From Hyphomicrobiales bacterium (GTDB lineage: Bacteria > Pseudomonadota > Alphaproteobacteria > Rhizobiales > Aestuariivirgaceae): a stretch of DNA of 64,000 bases. Within the stretch, counting starts at the first letter, position 1. Each line of letters begins with the position of its first letter. The notes under the pieces were generated by a model, which saw only the letters and a program-made list of their open reading frames with translations, searched no databases and was not told the origin of the DNA. Location: positions 8,539 through 72,538 of the forward strand of contig JANYHE010000066.1 of the NCBI GenBank assembly GCA_025359215.1, written 5' to 3'. Below, one piece after another: positions 1 to 9,697 of the stretch. Both the position numbers and the translations under genes were made by a program.

Positions 1-1
1 G

Positions 2-121
2 ACACTGGGTATTCCCAAACTGATTATCCCATCTCTTCAAGTGAATATGAAGGCCGGTGAACTGCCTAAGCCAGATGAGAGCGGTAAACGCTTCCTCAAA
101 GTTCCGTTGGATACGCTTTAA
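2..121 (+). CDS. 3' tail of an MBL-fold persulfide dioxygenase (PDO/Blh-like); gene starts before the window
   Basis: Frame from base 2 reads TLGIPKLIIPSLQVNMKAGELPKPDESGKRFLKVPLDTL*. This matches the 'P-L-I-x-P-S-L-Q-V-N-M-x-A-G-x-L-P...F-L-K-V-P-L' C-terminus typical of bacterial PDO/Blh proteins, and it lies directly upstream of sqr. Confidence 0.75.
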   Translation, partial: TLGIPKLIIPSLQVNMKAGELPKPDESGKRFLKVPLDTL

Positions 122-141
122 AAAATAAAGGGAGAAACGCC

Positions 142-1734
142 GTGCAATTCAAAAAAGTAAATAATCGCCTTTCGACGAGTGTGCAAATTTTACCCGCTGA
201 ATTAGTGGATGTAGCAGAGGCTGGTTTCAAATCTATTATTTGTAACCGGCCCGATGGTGAAGGCAGTGATCAACCGACATTTGCGGAACTCGCTGCGGCT
301 GCAAAAGCTGCGGGACTTGAAGCACGCTATGTTCCTGTCATTTCAGGTCGCGTGACGGAGAGAGATGCGGAACTTTTTACAAAAGCCATGGCAGAAATGC
401 CAAGCCCTGTGCTCGCCTTTTGTCGCTCCGGCGCGCGTTCCACAATGATGTGGGAAATGAGCCAACGCTTAGCTCCAACGCTTAAAGCTGAAGATCAGGC
501 TTCGGTGACATCTGCCGATGTTGTTATTGTGGGTGCAGGGGCTGCGGGCATTGCAGCTGCTTCAAGTTTGCTAGCGCGCCAACGGGATCTTGATATTGTT
601 ATCATAGATCCTGCAGACACGCATTATTACCAGCCCGGCTGGACTTTGGTTGGGGGTGGCGTGTTTGATGCTAAATCGACCGCCAGACCAACGGCTTCAC
701 TCATTCCACGTGGCGTACGCTGGATAAAAGCCGCAGTTGCAGCCTTTGAACCAGAAGACAATGCGGTGATTCTGGAAGGCTGTCCTAAGATAATTTATAA
801 GCGCCTCATCGTTTCACCGGGCCTGAAATTGAATTGGGCTGGCATTGAGGGTTTAAGTGAAACCTTGGGTAAAAACGGTGTCACGTCCAACTATCGCTAT
901 GATTTAGCTCCTTACACATGGGAGCTTGTCCAAAATCTTAAATCAGGCAAAGCTATTTTCACCCAACCGCCCATGCCGATCAAATGTGCGGGCGCACCGC
1001 AAAAGGCGCTTTATCTTTCGGCTGATCATTGGCTGCGCAATGGCGCACTAAAGAATATTGATGTTGAATTCTATAATTCAGGCGCAGTGTTATTCGGTGT
1101 TGCACACTACGTTCCGGCTCTAATGGATTATGTTAAAAAGTACAACACAAAGCTCAACTTTGGTCACACGCTCACCAAAATTGATGGTCCGGCCCACAAG
1201 GCTTGGTTTACGAAGGCCAATGCCGATGGCACAAAGGAAACGATCGAAACACAGTTCGATATGATCCACGTTGTGCCGCCACAACAGGCTCCCGATTTTA
1301 TTCGGTCAAGCCCTTTGGCTGATCAAGCGGGATGGGTGGATGTTGATCAGTCAACACTCAGCCATAAGAAATTCACCAACATCTGGGCATTGGGAGATGT
1401 GATGAACGCACCCAATGCAAAAACAGCTGCGGCTGCCCGAAAGCAAGCCCCCGTTGTTGCGAACAATATTTTGAAAGACATGGGCCTGTGCACAGGCACT
1501 GCATCATATGACGGATACGGCTCATGCCCACTGACTGTTGAGCGAGGAAAAATTATTTTTGCTGAATTTGGTTATGGCGGCAAGCTTTTGCCCACTTTCC
1601 CACCATGGATGATCGACAGCCAAAAGCCAAGCAAACTGGCATGGCTGCTGAAAGAGCGCTTGCTTCCGCCAATCTATTGGCACGCGATGCTTAAAGGCAA
1701 AGAATGGTACGCAAAACCTGAACTCATAGGCTAA
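142..1734 (+). CDS. sqr: DUF442/TIGR01244 sulfurtransferase domain fused to sulfide:quinone oxidoreductase
   Basis: N-term 'IICNRPDGE...QP' and 'FCRSGARS' (DUF442). Downstream are GAGAAG (FAD binding), YYQPGWTLVGGG, KCAGAPQK and YDGYGSCPL with the two SQR cysteines. Confidence 0.9.
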   Translation: MQFKKVNNRLSTSVQILPAELVDVAEAGFKSIICNRPDGEGSDQPTFAELAAAAKAAGLEARYVPVISGRVTERDAELFTKAMAEMPSPVLAFCRSGARSTMMWEMSQRLAPTLKAEDQASVTSADVVIVGAGAAGIAAASSLLARQRDLDIVIIDPADTHYYQPGWTLVGGGVFDAKSTARPTASLIPRGVRWIKAAVAAFEPEDNAVILEGCPKIIYKRLIVSPGLKLNWAGIEGLSETLGKNGVTSNYRYDLAPYTWELVQNLKSGKAIFTQPPMPIKCAGAPQKALYLSADHWLRNGALKNIDVEFYNSGAVLFGVAHYVPALMDYVKKYNTKLNFGHTLTKIDGPAHKAWFTKANADGTKETIETQFDMIHVVPPQQAPDFIRSSPLADQAGWVDVDQSTLSHKKFTNIWALGDVMNAPNAKTAAAARKQAPVVANNILKDMGLCTGTASYDGYGSCPLTVERGKIIFAEFGYGGKLLPTFPPWMIDSQKPSKLAWLLKERLLPPIYWHAMLKGKEWYAKPELIG

Positions 1735-1741
1735 TCAAAAT

Positions 1742-3448
1742 ATGAATCGCTATTTTCCGATCCTCGGCTGGGGCCGCGTCTACACGCGTGATCAGCTGGT
1801 CAGTGACTTTGTTGCTGCAGCAATTGTTACTATCATGCTGGTGCCACAGTCGCTGGCCTATGCGTTGTTGGCTGGCCTTCCTGCTGAAGTGGGGCTCTAT
1901 GCTTCGATGTTGCCCCTGATCGCCTATGCCATTTTCGGCACCAGCCGCACACTAGCTGTGGGCCCTGTCGCGGTTGTCTCACTCATGACGGCAGCGGCTC
2001 TCAGCAAACTAGGCCTTTCAAGCCCAGCAGAATATGCGGCCGCGGCCATAACACTGGCGGCCCTTTCAGGTTTTATACTATTGGCACTTGGCGTTTTTAG
2101 ATTGGGTTTCCTTGCCAATTTTCTCTCGCACCCTGTTATCGCAGGCTTCATCACGGCTTCAGGTCTTTTGATTGCAGCGGGGCAAATTAAAAATATTCTC
2201 GGTGTGAAAGCCAGCGGAGAGAATTTGATTGAGTTGGGAAAATCTCTCGTCCCCAATCTTGGCGGCACCAATCTGATCACTGCTGCGATTGGTCTGGGTG
2301 CAACACTCTTTTTGTTTTGGGTGCGCAAAGGATTAAGACCACTTTTGTTGTTATCAGGTTTTCGGCCTCGTATGGCTGATCTTTTTGCTAGAACCGGACC
2401 TATATTTGCGTTGGCCGCCACTGCCTTTATTGCTTGGTATTTCGATCTTGGTGCGCATGGGGTGAAACTTGTTGGTGCAGTTCCACGTGGGTTGCCAAAT
2501 TTGTCCTTACCAAATTTCTCTCTATCGCTCGTGCAAAATCTTGCGCTGCCTGCTTTGCTGATTTCAATTGTTGGATTTGTCGAATCCGTTTCAGTGGGTC
2601 AAACCTTGGCCGCCAAGCGCCGCCAACGCATTGAACCTGATCAAGAATTAATTGGTCTTGGTGTTTCAAATCTCGCCGCTTCAATTTCAGGAGGCTTTCC
2701 AGTGACGGGTGGATTTGCGCGTTCGGTAGTTAATTTTGATGCGGGTGCTGAAACGCCAGCGGCTGGCGCGTTCACAGCGGTGGGGCTTGCAGGAGCAACA
2801 CTTTTTCTCACGCCACTATTGGCTTATTTGCCACAAGCAACGCTGGCAGCCACCATTATCGTGGCTGTGCTCTCATTGGTCGATCTTTCCATTCTCAAGC
2901 GCACTTGGAATTATGCAAAGTCGGATTTTGCAGCCGTGGCTGCCACAATTGTTTTGACATTAAGTGTGGGTGTTGAGGCCGGGATTGTGGCTGGTGTTGT
3001 GCTTTCCATTTTGATCCAACTTTATAAAACTTCTCGACCCCATATTGCAGTGATCGGCCGTGTTCCGGGAACCGAGCATTTCCGTAATATCAAGCGGCAC
3101 GACGTTGAGACACATAACTCTTTGTTATCGCTGCGCGTCGATGAAAGCCTCTTTTTTGCAAATGCGCGTTTTTTGGAAGATGAAATCAATGCCGAACTCT
3201 CCAGACGCTCAGAAATTAAAGACATTATCCTTGTTTGCAGTGCTGTGAATGATATTGATCTCAGCGCGTTAGAAAGCCTCGAGAGCATCAATAATCGACT
3301 GCACGACGGCGGTGTCAGGTTTCATCTTTCTGAGGTTAAAGGCCCTGTTATGGATAAGCTCCAGAAATCAGGCTTTTTGCCACACCTCACCGGAAAAGTG
3401 TTCCTGAGCCAACATCTAGGCGTAGAAGAGTTACAAGCAAAAAGTTAG
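1742..3448 (+). CDS. SulP/SLC26 anion permease with STAS domain
   Basis: PQSLAYALLAGLP, GTSRTLAVGP and GGFARSVVNFDAGA motifs; C-terminal STAS (LRVDESLFFANA, DIDLSAL). Confidence 0.92.
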   Translation: MNRYFPILGWGRVYTRDQLVSDFVAAAIVTIMLVPQSLAYALLAGLPAEVGLYASMLPLIAYAIFGTSRTLAVGPVAVVSLMTAAALSKLGLSSPAEYAAAAITLAALSGFILLALGVFRLGFLANFLSHPVIAGFITASGLLIAAGQIKNILGVKASGENLIELGKSLVPNLGGTNLITAAIGLGATLFLFWVRKGLRPLLLLSGFRPRMADLFARTGPIFALAATAFIAWYFDLGAHGVKLVGAVPRGLPNLSLPNFSLSLVQNLALPALLISIVGFVESVSVGQTLAAKRRQRIEPDQELIGLGVSNLAASISGGFPVTGGFARSVVNFDAGAETPAAGAFTAVGLAGATLFLTPLLAYLPQATLAATIIVAVLSLVDLSILKRTWNYAKSDFAAVAATIVLTLSVGVEAGIVAGVVLSILIQLYKTSRPHIAVIGRVPGTEHFRNIKRHDVETHNSLLSLRVDESLFFANARFLEDEINAELSRRSEIKDIILVCSAVNDIDLSALESLESINNRLHDGGVRFHLSEVKGPVMDKLQKSGFLPHLTGKVFLSQHLGVEELQAKS

Positions 3449-3455
3449 GTCTGTC

Positions 3456-4856
3456 ATGTTTGATCATTTGGATGCTGTTTTGTTAGCCAGAATGCAGTTT
3501 GGCTTCACGATTACGTTTCACTTTATTTTTCCGTCGTTCTCAATCGGCCTTGCAAGCTATCTCGGCGTTTTGAACGGCTTGTGGTTGTGGACCAAAGACC
3601 GCGTTTATCTCGATCTCTTCAACTATTGGAAAAAAATTTTTGCTGTGGCTTTTGGCATGGGCGTGGTGTCTGGCATTGTGATGTCTTACCAATTTGGCAC
3701 TAATTGGAGTGTGTTCTCCGATAAGGCAGGGCCAATCATTGGGCCCTTAATGGGCTATGAAGTTTTAACGGCGTTTTTTCTTGAGGCAGGCTTCTTGGGT
3801 GTAATGTTGTTTGGTCTGACACGCGTTGGGCCAAAGCTTCATTTCTTAGCGACTTTGATGGTTGCCATTGGCACATTAATTTCTGCCACGTGGATAATTG
3901 CTGTGAACAGTTGGATGCAAACGCCGCAAGGGTTTGCTATAGCTGCCAATGGTCAGTTTGTTCCGGTTGATTGGTGGGCTATCGTTTTCACACCCTCATT
4001 TCCGTATCGTCTCACGCATACAGTTTTGGCGGCTTACTTGACTACGGCATTTTTTATTGGCGCGGTGGGGGCCTTACATCTATTGCGTGATAACACCCAG
4101 AGGGCAGCGCGCAAAATGTTCTCAATGGCCATGTGGATGGCCACAATAGTTGCCCCTTTGCAAATTTTTGCTGGCGACATGCATGGGCTGAACACATTGG
4201 AATATCAACCTGCAAAAATTGCGGCCATGGAAGGCCATTACGACACTGAAGCGGGAGCATCGCTCATTCTGTTTGGTGTGCCTGACGATAAGGCCGAGGT
4301 GACCCGTTATCAGATTGCTATTCCAAAACTTGGATCGCTCATTCTTACCCACCACAGCGATGGTGTGATCAAGGGGCTGAAAGAATTTCCTCCTGACGAG
4401 CGGCCACCGGCACAAATTGTGTTTTGGTCTTTCCGCGTGATGGTGGGTTTGGGCTTTGCTATGCTCGGGCTAGGCGTTTGGAGTTTGGCACGCCGGTTTC
4501 AGCGCGATGGGCTATTCAAAGACCGGTGGTTGCACCGAGCCAGCCTTGCCATGGCACCCGCTGGCTTTATTGCTGTGATTGCAGGCTGGATCACAACGGA
4601 AGTAGGACGGCAGCCCTTCACTATTTATAACCAACTCCGCACGGCGCAATCAGTTGCACCCATCGATGCGGCTGCTGTTGGCACTTCGTTGCTAATTTTT
4701 ATCGTCGTCTATTTCTTTGTGTTTGGCGCCGGTGTTTTTTACATCTTGCGGCTTTGCAACGTGCTGCCCAAGCCGTTTGATGATATTTCTCATGCACCCA
4801 TCCGGAGCGCTGGCATTACGCCCGCCATAGCTATCGCAACAGAGGGAAAGGCTTGA
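3456..4856 (+). CDS. cydA: cytochrome bd ubiquinol oxidase subunit I (CioA-like, short Q-loop)
   Basis: LARMQFGFTITFHFIFP, SYQFGTNW, EAGFLG, QPAKIAAMEG, GWITTEVGRQP. Confidence 0.95.
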   Translation: MFDHLDAVLLARMQFGFTITFHFIFPSFSIGLASYLGVLNGLWLWTKDRVYLDLFNYWKKIFAVAFGMGVVSGIVMSYQFGTNWSVFSDKAGPIIGPLMGYEVLTAFFLEAGFLGVMLFGLTRVGPKLHFLATLMVAIGTLISATWIIAVNSWMQTPQGFAIAANGQFVPVDWWAIVFTPSFPYRLTHTVLAAYLTTAFFIGAVGALHLLRDNTQRAARKMFSMAMWMATIVAPLQIFAGDMHGLNTLEYQPAKIAAMEGHYDTEAGASLILFGVPDDKAEVTRYQIAIPKLGSLILTHHSDGVIKGLKEFPPDERPPAQIVFWSFRVMVGLGFAMLGLGVWSLARRFQRDGLFKDRWLHRASLAMAPAGFIAVIAGWITTEVGRQPFTIYNQLRTAQSVAPIDAAAVGTSLLIFIVVYFFVFGAGVFYILRLCNVLPKPFDDISHAPIRSAGITPAIAIATEGKA

Positions 4857-5863
4857 TGTTTACATTCGATCTTCAAAACTTGTGGGCTGGTATCGTTGCA
4901 TTTGCTGTGTTGGCCTATGTGATCCTTGACGGATTTGATCTGGGGGTCGGGATTCTTTTTCCAACTGCAAAGTCAACTTCCGAGCGCGATCTCATGATGA
5001 ACAGTGTTGCTCCAATTTGGGATGGCAATGAAACGTGGCTGGTGCTAGGTGGCGGCGGTTTGCTCGCGGCATTTCCCTTGGCCTATTCTGTCGTTCTTCC
5101 AGCACTTTATGCGCCGATCATTGCAATGTTGGTTGGGCTCATATTGCGCGGCGTTGCGTTTGAGTTTCGGTGGCGCACGGAGCGTGGAAAGTTTCTATGG
5201 GACTGCTCATTCTTTTTAGGTTCATTGGTGGCGGCAACAGCACAAGGAGTCGCCCTTGGCGCATTGGTCCAAGGTATTCCGGTTGCCAACCGAGCCTATG
5301 CTGGTGGCTGGTGGAATTGGCTCACGCCCTTCTCGCTTTTGACGGGTGTTGCAGTTGTAATTGGCTATGTGCTTCTGGGCTCGACATGGCTTAACATGAA
5401 AACCACTAATGCCTTACAAGCCCGTATGCGGCAGTTTGCAAAATGGGCGACACTGGGCCTGTTGGTTCTCATTGGCCTTGTCAGCCTGTGGACCCCCTTT
5501 TTGCAACCGGTCTATTACGCGCGCTGGCTCACCTGGCCTGCGATGATCTATACAATGCTTGTGCCTGTGCTTGTCTTATTCTGCGCGTGGTCAATTCTTG
5601 GCGGATTGAAATTGGAAAGAGATGCAAAACCGTTCATCGCGGCACTTGGGCTTTTTGTTTTTACATTCGTAGGGCTTGGCATTAGTTTCTACCCTTATAT
5701 CGTGCCACCATTTCTCACTATTCACGAAGCCGCAGCGCCTCCCGAAAGCTTAAAATTCTTACTGCCGGGGGTTCTCGTGCTTGTGCCAATTATCATAGCC
5801 TACACGGCCTATTCTTACTGGGTGTTTCGCGGCAAGATCGACAGCGCGCATGGTTATCACTGA
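4856..5863 (+). CDS. cydB: cytochrome bd ubiquinol oxidase subunit II
   Basis: YVILDGFDLGVGIL, PIWDGNETWLV, LRGVAFEFR. The ATG overlaps the cydA stop (TGATG). Confidence 0.95.
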   Translation: MFTFDLQNLWAGIVAFAVLAYVILDGFDLGVGILFPTAKSTSERDLMMNSVAPIWDGNETWLVLGGGGLLAAFPLAYSVVLPALYAPIIAMLVGLILRGVAFEFRWRTERGKFLWDCSFFLGSLVAATAQGVALGALVQGIPVANRAYAGGWWNWLTPFSLLTGVAVVIGYVLLGSTWLNMKTTNALQARMRQFAKWATLGLLVLIGLVSLWTPFLQPVYYARWLTWPAMIYTMLVPVLVLFCAWSILGGLKLERDAKPFIAALGLFVFTFVGLGISFYPYIVPPFLTIHEAAAPPESLKFLLPGVLVLVPIIIAYTAYSYWVFRGKIDSAHGYH

Positions 5864-5970
5864 TGGAAAAAAGACGCTTCATCCAGCTGGCTTGGTTCAT
5901 AGCCTATTGGTTTATGGGTGTTGCCGCCGTGGGCATTGTGGCGATGGCCATTCGTTTTGTTTTGCGGTGA
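5863..5970 (+). CDS. 35-aa single-TM protein, DUF2474-like (probable small bd-oxidase accessory subunit); not in ORF track
   Basis: MEKRRFIQLAWFIAYWFMGVAAVGIVAMAIRFVLR*. The ATG overlaps the cydB stop (TGATG). The basic-N/W-x-x-x-W/hydrophobic/R pattern resembles DUF2474 genes that follow cydB. Confidence 0.75.
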   Translation: MEKRRFIQLAWFIAYWFMGVAAVGIVAMAIRFVLR

Positions 5971-6128
5971 CGAAGCAACTTTAAATAGCTGGAGTGATTG
6001 ACTCGAAGGTCATTTTGGCTGACCCACCTAGATACTCAATCGCAGGAAGAGTGCAGAGATTTGGCTTTAAGACACCTCGTCGGCATCCGGCCGCCAGATC
6101 AAACTGCATCATTTAGAGTTGCTGATCA

Positions 6129-7421
6129 TCAAACAATGCCCCCGCTGCCGCCTGCCACAGTTGGTCGAACTTCAGAAATCATTTTGCGATAGCCACTAGC
6201 GCGGTACGCGGTCACCGGATCAATTGCCCCGCCAGAATTAAACCGCGCCATGGCCAAAATGGGTTCCACATCGGTGCGGTACGCTACTTTCAGTGTTTGC
6301 GTGGCCATTAAAGCATCATTGCTTTCTTGATAAGCTGTGAGAGCTTTGCGGTCCACCAATAGGGCCGCCGCATAGGCACGCTGCACCTCAATGGCGGAAA
6401 GCATGAGGCTTTCAATTGGATCGGTCACGTTATGGCTTTGGTCCAGCATATGGGCGGGATTGAAGCCTTTGGCTTTGTTCAATTCAGCATCCACCAATTC
6501 ATTGAACACAAGGAACAAGCGATAAGGATCGACTGAACCCGCATCCAAATCATCATCGCCATATTTTGAATCGTTGAAATGAAAGCCGCCGAGTTTGCCA
6601 AATTGAATGAGTCGCGAAACGATCATTTCAATATTTACATTGGGCGCATGGTGGCCAAGGTCCACCAAGCAGGAAGCTTTGTCGCCCAGTTCTTTGGCGA
6701 TAATATAATTGGTGCCCCAATCTTGAACCACGGTAGAATAGAAAGCGGGCTCATACATTTTATGCTCAGTGAACAAACGCCAATCAGCAGGCAAGCTTGC
6801 GTAAATTGCTTTGGCGGAGTCGAGATAACGCTCAAATGATTTTGCAAAATTCACTTGGCCCGGAAAGTTGGATCCATCACCCACCCAAATTGTGAGCGCT
6901 TTGGAGCCCAGTGTTTTACCGATTTCGATGCACTCTAAATTGTGCTCCACGGCTTGGTTTCGTACAGCAGCATCGGCGTGTGTGAGTGAGCCGAATTTAT
7001 AGGAGTGGGCTTGGCCAAGCTGATCAGAAAACGTGTTTGAATTCATGGCATCAAAGCCCAAACCAAAGCGGCTTGCAGCTTGCTTCAATTGACGTGGATC
7101 AGCTTTGTCCCACGGAATGTGCAAAGACACCGTTGGAGTGGCCCTGGTGAGTTGTTGAATAACGGCGCAATCTTCGATCTTGTCAAAAATATTGCGCGGC
7201 TCGCCACCGCCGGGAAAGCGTGCAAATCGCGTGCCGCCTGTGCCCACACCCCATGACGGGACGGCGACAGCAAAGGCCGAAACTTTTTGTAAAATATCAG
7301 AAATCGCTATGCCGCGGCGGGCAAGTTTTTCGCCAAGGTTTTCGTAATCGTTTTTCAAGTTTGCAAGGCGTGCCGCATTGTCTTTTTCAACAATACTGGT
7401 TTCGATCATTGTGTCAGCCAT
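6129..7421 (-). CDS. rhaI: L-rhamnose isomerase (RhaI type)
   Basis: VAVPSWGVGTGGTRFARFPG, SLHIPWD, EHKMYEPAFY, LVDLGHH, FHFNDSKYGDDDLD; in a rhamnose cluster. Confidence 0.92.
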   Translation of the reverse strand: MADTMIETSIVEKDNAARLANLKNDYENLGEKLARRGIAISDILQKVSAFAVAVPSWGVGTGGTRFARFPGGGEPRNIFDKIEDCAVIQQLTRATPTVSLHIPWDKADPRQLKQAASRFGLGFDAMNSNTFSDQLGQAHSYKFGSLTHADAAVRNQAVEHNLECIEIGKTLGSKALTIWVGDGSNFPGQVNFAKSFERYLDSAKAIYASLPADWRLFTEHKMYEPAFYSTVVQDWGTNYIIAKELGDKASCLVDLGHHAPNVNIEMIVSRLIQFGKLGGFHFNDSKYGDDDLDAGSVDPYRLFLVFNELVDAELNKAKGFNPAHMLDQSHNVTDPIESLMLSAIEVQRAYAAALLVDRKALTAYQESNDALMATQTLKVAYRTDVEPILAMARFNSGGAIDPVTAYRASGYRKMISEVRPTVAGGSGGIV

Positions 7422-7433
7422 AACTCACTCTCC

Positions 7434-9530
7434 TTAGCGCGTGAACGCCTGGGCATTGCCCGCATCGACGTTGATAATGTTACCTGTGGATTTGGCTGAA
7501 GCATCGGACGCTAAAAAGTAAATCGCTTCGGCAATATCTTCAGGATAAACCGAACGCTTCAACATAGAACGCTGGCGATACATATCTTCCAAGCCTGACT
7601 TGTCGGTTTGATAAGTGCTGGCGCGTTGTTCCAGCCATTCGCCTTGCCAAATTTTCGAGCCACGCAGAACAGCATCAGGGTTCACCACATTCACACGAAT
7701 TTGCTTCTCAGCACCTTCAAGTGCCAAGCAACGCGCGAGGTGAATTTCTGCGGCCTTTGCCGTGCAATAAGCACTGGCATTGGGTGAAGCGGCCAGACCA
7801 TTTTTCGATGCCACAAACACAACATTGCCTCCAATATCTTGTGCATTAAACACTTTGAAGGCTTCGCGCGAGACGAGGAAATAGCCCGTAGACAGAATAT
7901 CCATATTCTTGTTCCACAACGCCAATGTGGTTTCCGCAATGGGGGCAGATGAGGCCAGCCCCGCGTTAGACACCAGAATATCCAAGCCACCAAATTCAAC
8001 AGCGGTTTCTGCAAAGCCTTTGATCACTTGCTCTTCTTGGGTCACATTGATCAAAACGCCGCGAATGAAATCTCTTCCGAACGCGGCACTGAGTTCAACT
8101 TGTGCAGCAACTAATGCAGTCTCATCGATATCGGCCAGCATCACGCAAGCGCCTTCGCGCAGCAATCTTGCTGCTGTCGCTTTGCCAATGCCACCTGCAC
8201 CACCCGTCACCAAGGCAACGCGACCTGCGAGCGATTTCGGCTTTGGCATGCGCGATAGTTTTGCTTCTTCCAGCAACCAATATTCAATGTTGAAAGCTTC
8301 TTGTTCTGGAAGCCCCACATAAGTGGACACCGCTGAAGCACCGCGCATCACATTAATAGCATTCACATAGAATTCAGCAGAAATGCGCGCTGTAGCTTTG
8401 TCCTTGGCAAAGGTGAACATGCCAACGCCGGGCATGAGATAAACTACAGCATTAGGGTCACGCACCGCTGGTGAATTGGCGTGCTTGCAGCGGTCATAAT
8501 AGGCTTGGTAACCTTCACGATATGTGGCGATGTCTGCGCTTAAACGCTGTTCAACAATCGGCAAATCTGGCCTTGCTGGATCAAACTCAATGACCAGCGG
8601 GCAGATTTTGGTGCGCAGAAAATGATCTGGGCAAGATGTGCCAAGCGCAGCGAGTGATTTTAAGTTTTTCGAATTTACAAATTCAAGAACTACCGCCCCA
8701 TCATCAAAATGCCCCACCATGTGTTGCGCGCCCGAAATGAGCCCGCGAATGCGCGGCATTAATTTTGCGGCAATGGCGCGGCGTTCCGCAGCGCTCAATG
8801 ATTTTGTATGTGCGCCACCAAAAGCAGCAACACCTTTTGATTTCTTTTCAAACCAGCTTGCTGCCTCATTGATGATAGCCAGCGTGGTTTCGTAACACTC
8901 CTTGGGTGTAACCCCCCAAGTGAACAGGCCATGGCTTTCTAATATTACGCCGATGGCTTTCGGATTTTCGAGGCAGAATTTTTCCAGCCACAGGCCCAAT
9001 TCAAAACCAGGCTTTTTCCATGGCAACCAACCAATGCGCTCGCCGAATATTTCATTGGTCAATTCTTTTGAATTGTTTGAGGCGGCAATGGCGATAATGG
9101 AATCAGGGTGCATATGATCGACAAAAGGTTTCGGCACATAGGCATGGAGTGGTGTATCAATGGATGCCGCGCGGGGATTTAATTTGAAAGTACAATGGGG
9201 AAGATAATCCACCATTTCATCTTCAAAGTTTACACCACGATAAAGCCCTTTCAAGGCCCGCAGCTTTTCCATGTAGAGTGTTGCAAAGCCATCAAGCTTG
9301 ATTGAAGCGCTGTCGCCGCCCGAACCCTTCACCCATAGCACCTCGACCTTTTGGCCGGTAAGAAGATCTATTTCTATAGTTTTAGACGACGTGTTACCGC
9401 CACCATAATTGGTTACGCGCTTGTCGGACCCTAAAAGATTGGAACGATAAACCAAGCGTTCAGCCTCAGTCATTGCTGCCGCCTTAGCGTCATCCCATAG
9501 GCTGGGGATTGTGATAGATGGTGTGGACAT
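7434..9530 (-). CDS. rhaD: bifunctional rhamnulose-1-phosphate aldolase / short-chain dehydrogenase
   Basis: Class II aldolase N-domain (GGGNTSSK, SIDTPLH, DHMHPD, CPDHFLRTK) fused to an SDR (TGGAGGIG, NAG, YCTAK). Confidence 0.92.
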   Translation of the reverse strand: MSTPSITIPSLWDDAKAAAMTEAERLVYRSNLLGSDKRVTNYGGGNTSSKTIEIDLLTGQKVEVLWVKGSGGDSASIKLDGFATLYMEKLRALKGLYRGVNFEDEMVDYLPHCTFKLNPRAASIDTPLHAYVPKPFVDHMHPDSIIAIAASNNSKELTNEIFGERIGWLPWKKPGFELGLWLEKFCLENPKAIGVILESHGLFTWGVTPKECYETTLAIINEAASWFEKKSKGVAAFGGAHTKSLSAAERRAIAAKLMPRIRGLISGAQHMVGHFDDGAVVLEFVNSKNLKSLAALGTSCPDHFLRTKICPLVIEFDPARPDLPIVEQRLSADIATYREGYQAYYDRCKHANSPAVRDPNAVVYLMPGVGMFTFAKDKATARISAEFYVNAINVMRGASAVSTYVGLPEQEAFNIEYWLLEEAKLSRMPKPKSLAGRVALVTGGAGGIGKATAARLLREGACVMLADIDETALVAAQVELSAAFGRDFIRGVLINVTQEEQVIKGFAETAVEFGGLDILVSNAGLASSAPIAETTLALWNKNMDILSTGYFLVSREAFKVFNAQDIGGNVVFVASKNGLAASPNASAYCTAKAAEIHLARCLALEGAEKQIRVNVVNPDAVLRGSKIWQGEWLEQRASTYQTDKSGLEDMYRQRSMLKRSVYPEDIAEAIYFLASDASAKSTGNIINVDAGNAQAFTR

Positions 9531-9584
9531 GGCTGAACCTCCCGAATTCTTTTTTCAAGATTTCTCACGAACCCCACTCCAAGT

Positions 9585-9677
9585 CAATCACAAACACGCA
9601 AAAACGATCAGACTTTAACAAAAATGATTCTTTGATGATCATTCATGATTGACAATGCGCGAATTCGTGCTTATCAA
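9585..9677. promoter_or_regulatory. divergent rhaD/rhaR promoter region with repeated TGAT(T/C) half-sites (putative RhaR operator) and TTGACA -35
   Basis: CAATCA 9585, CGATCA 9605, TGATTC 9625, TGATCA 9636, TGATTG 9646; TTGACA 9649-9654 with TATCAA 17 bp downstream. Confidence 0.45.
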
Positions 9678-9697
9678 TTTGCTCATGGGAGATTACT

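Noticed and set aside
5971-6192. ORF 5998..6192 (+) and a ~43-aa minus-strand ORF in the spacer between the cyd and rha clusters
   Set aside because: No recognisable motif. The plus ORF runs antisense into rhaI and neither has a convincing RBS.
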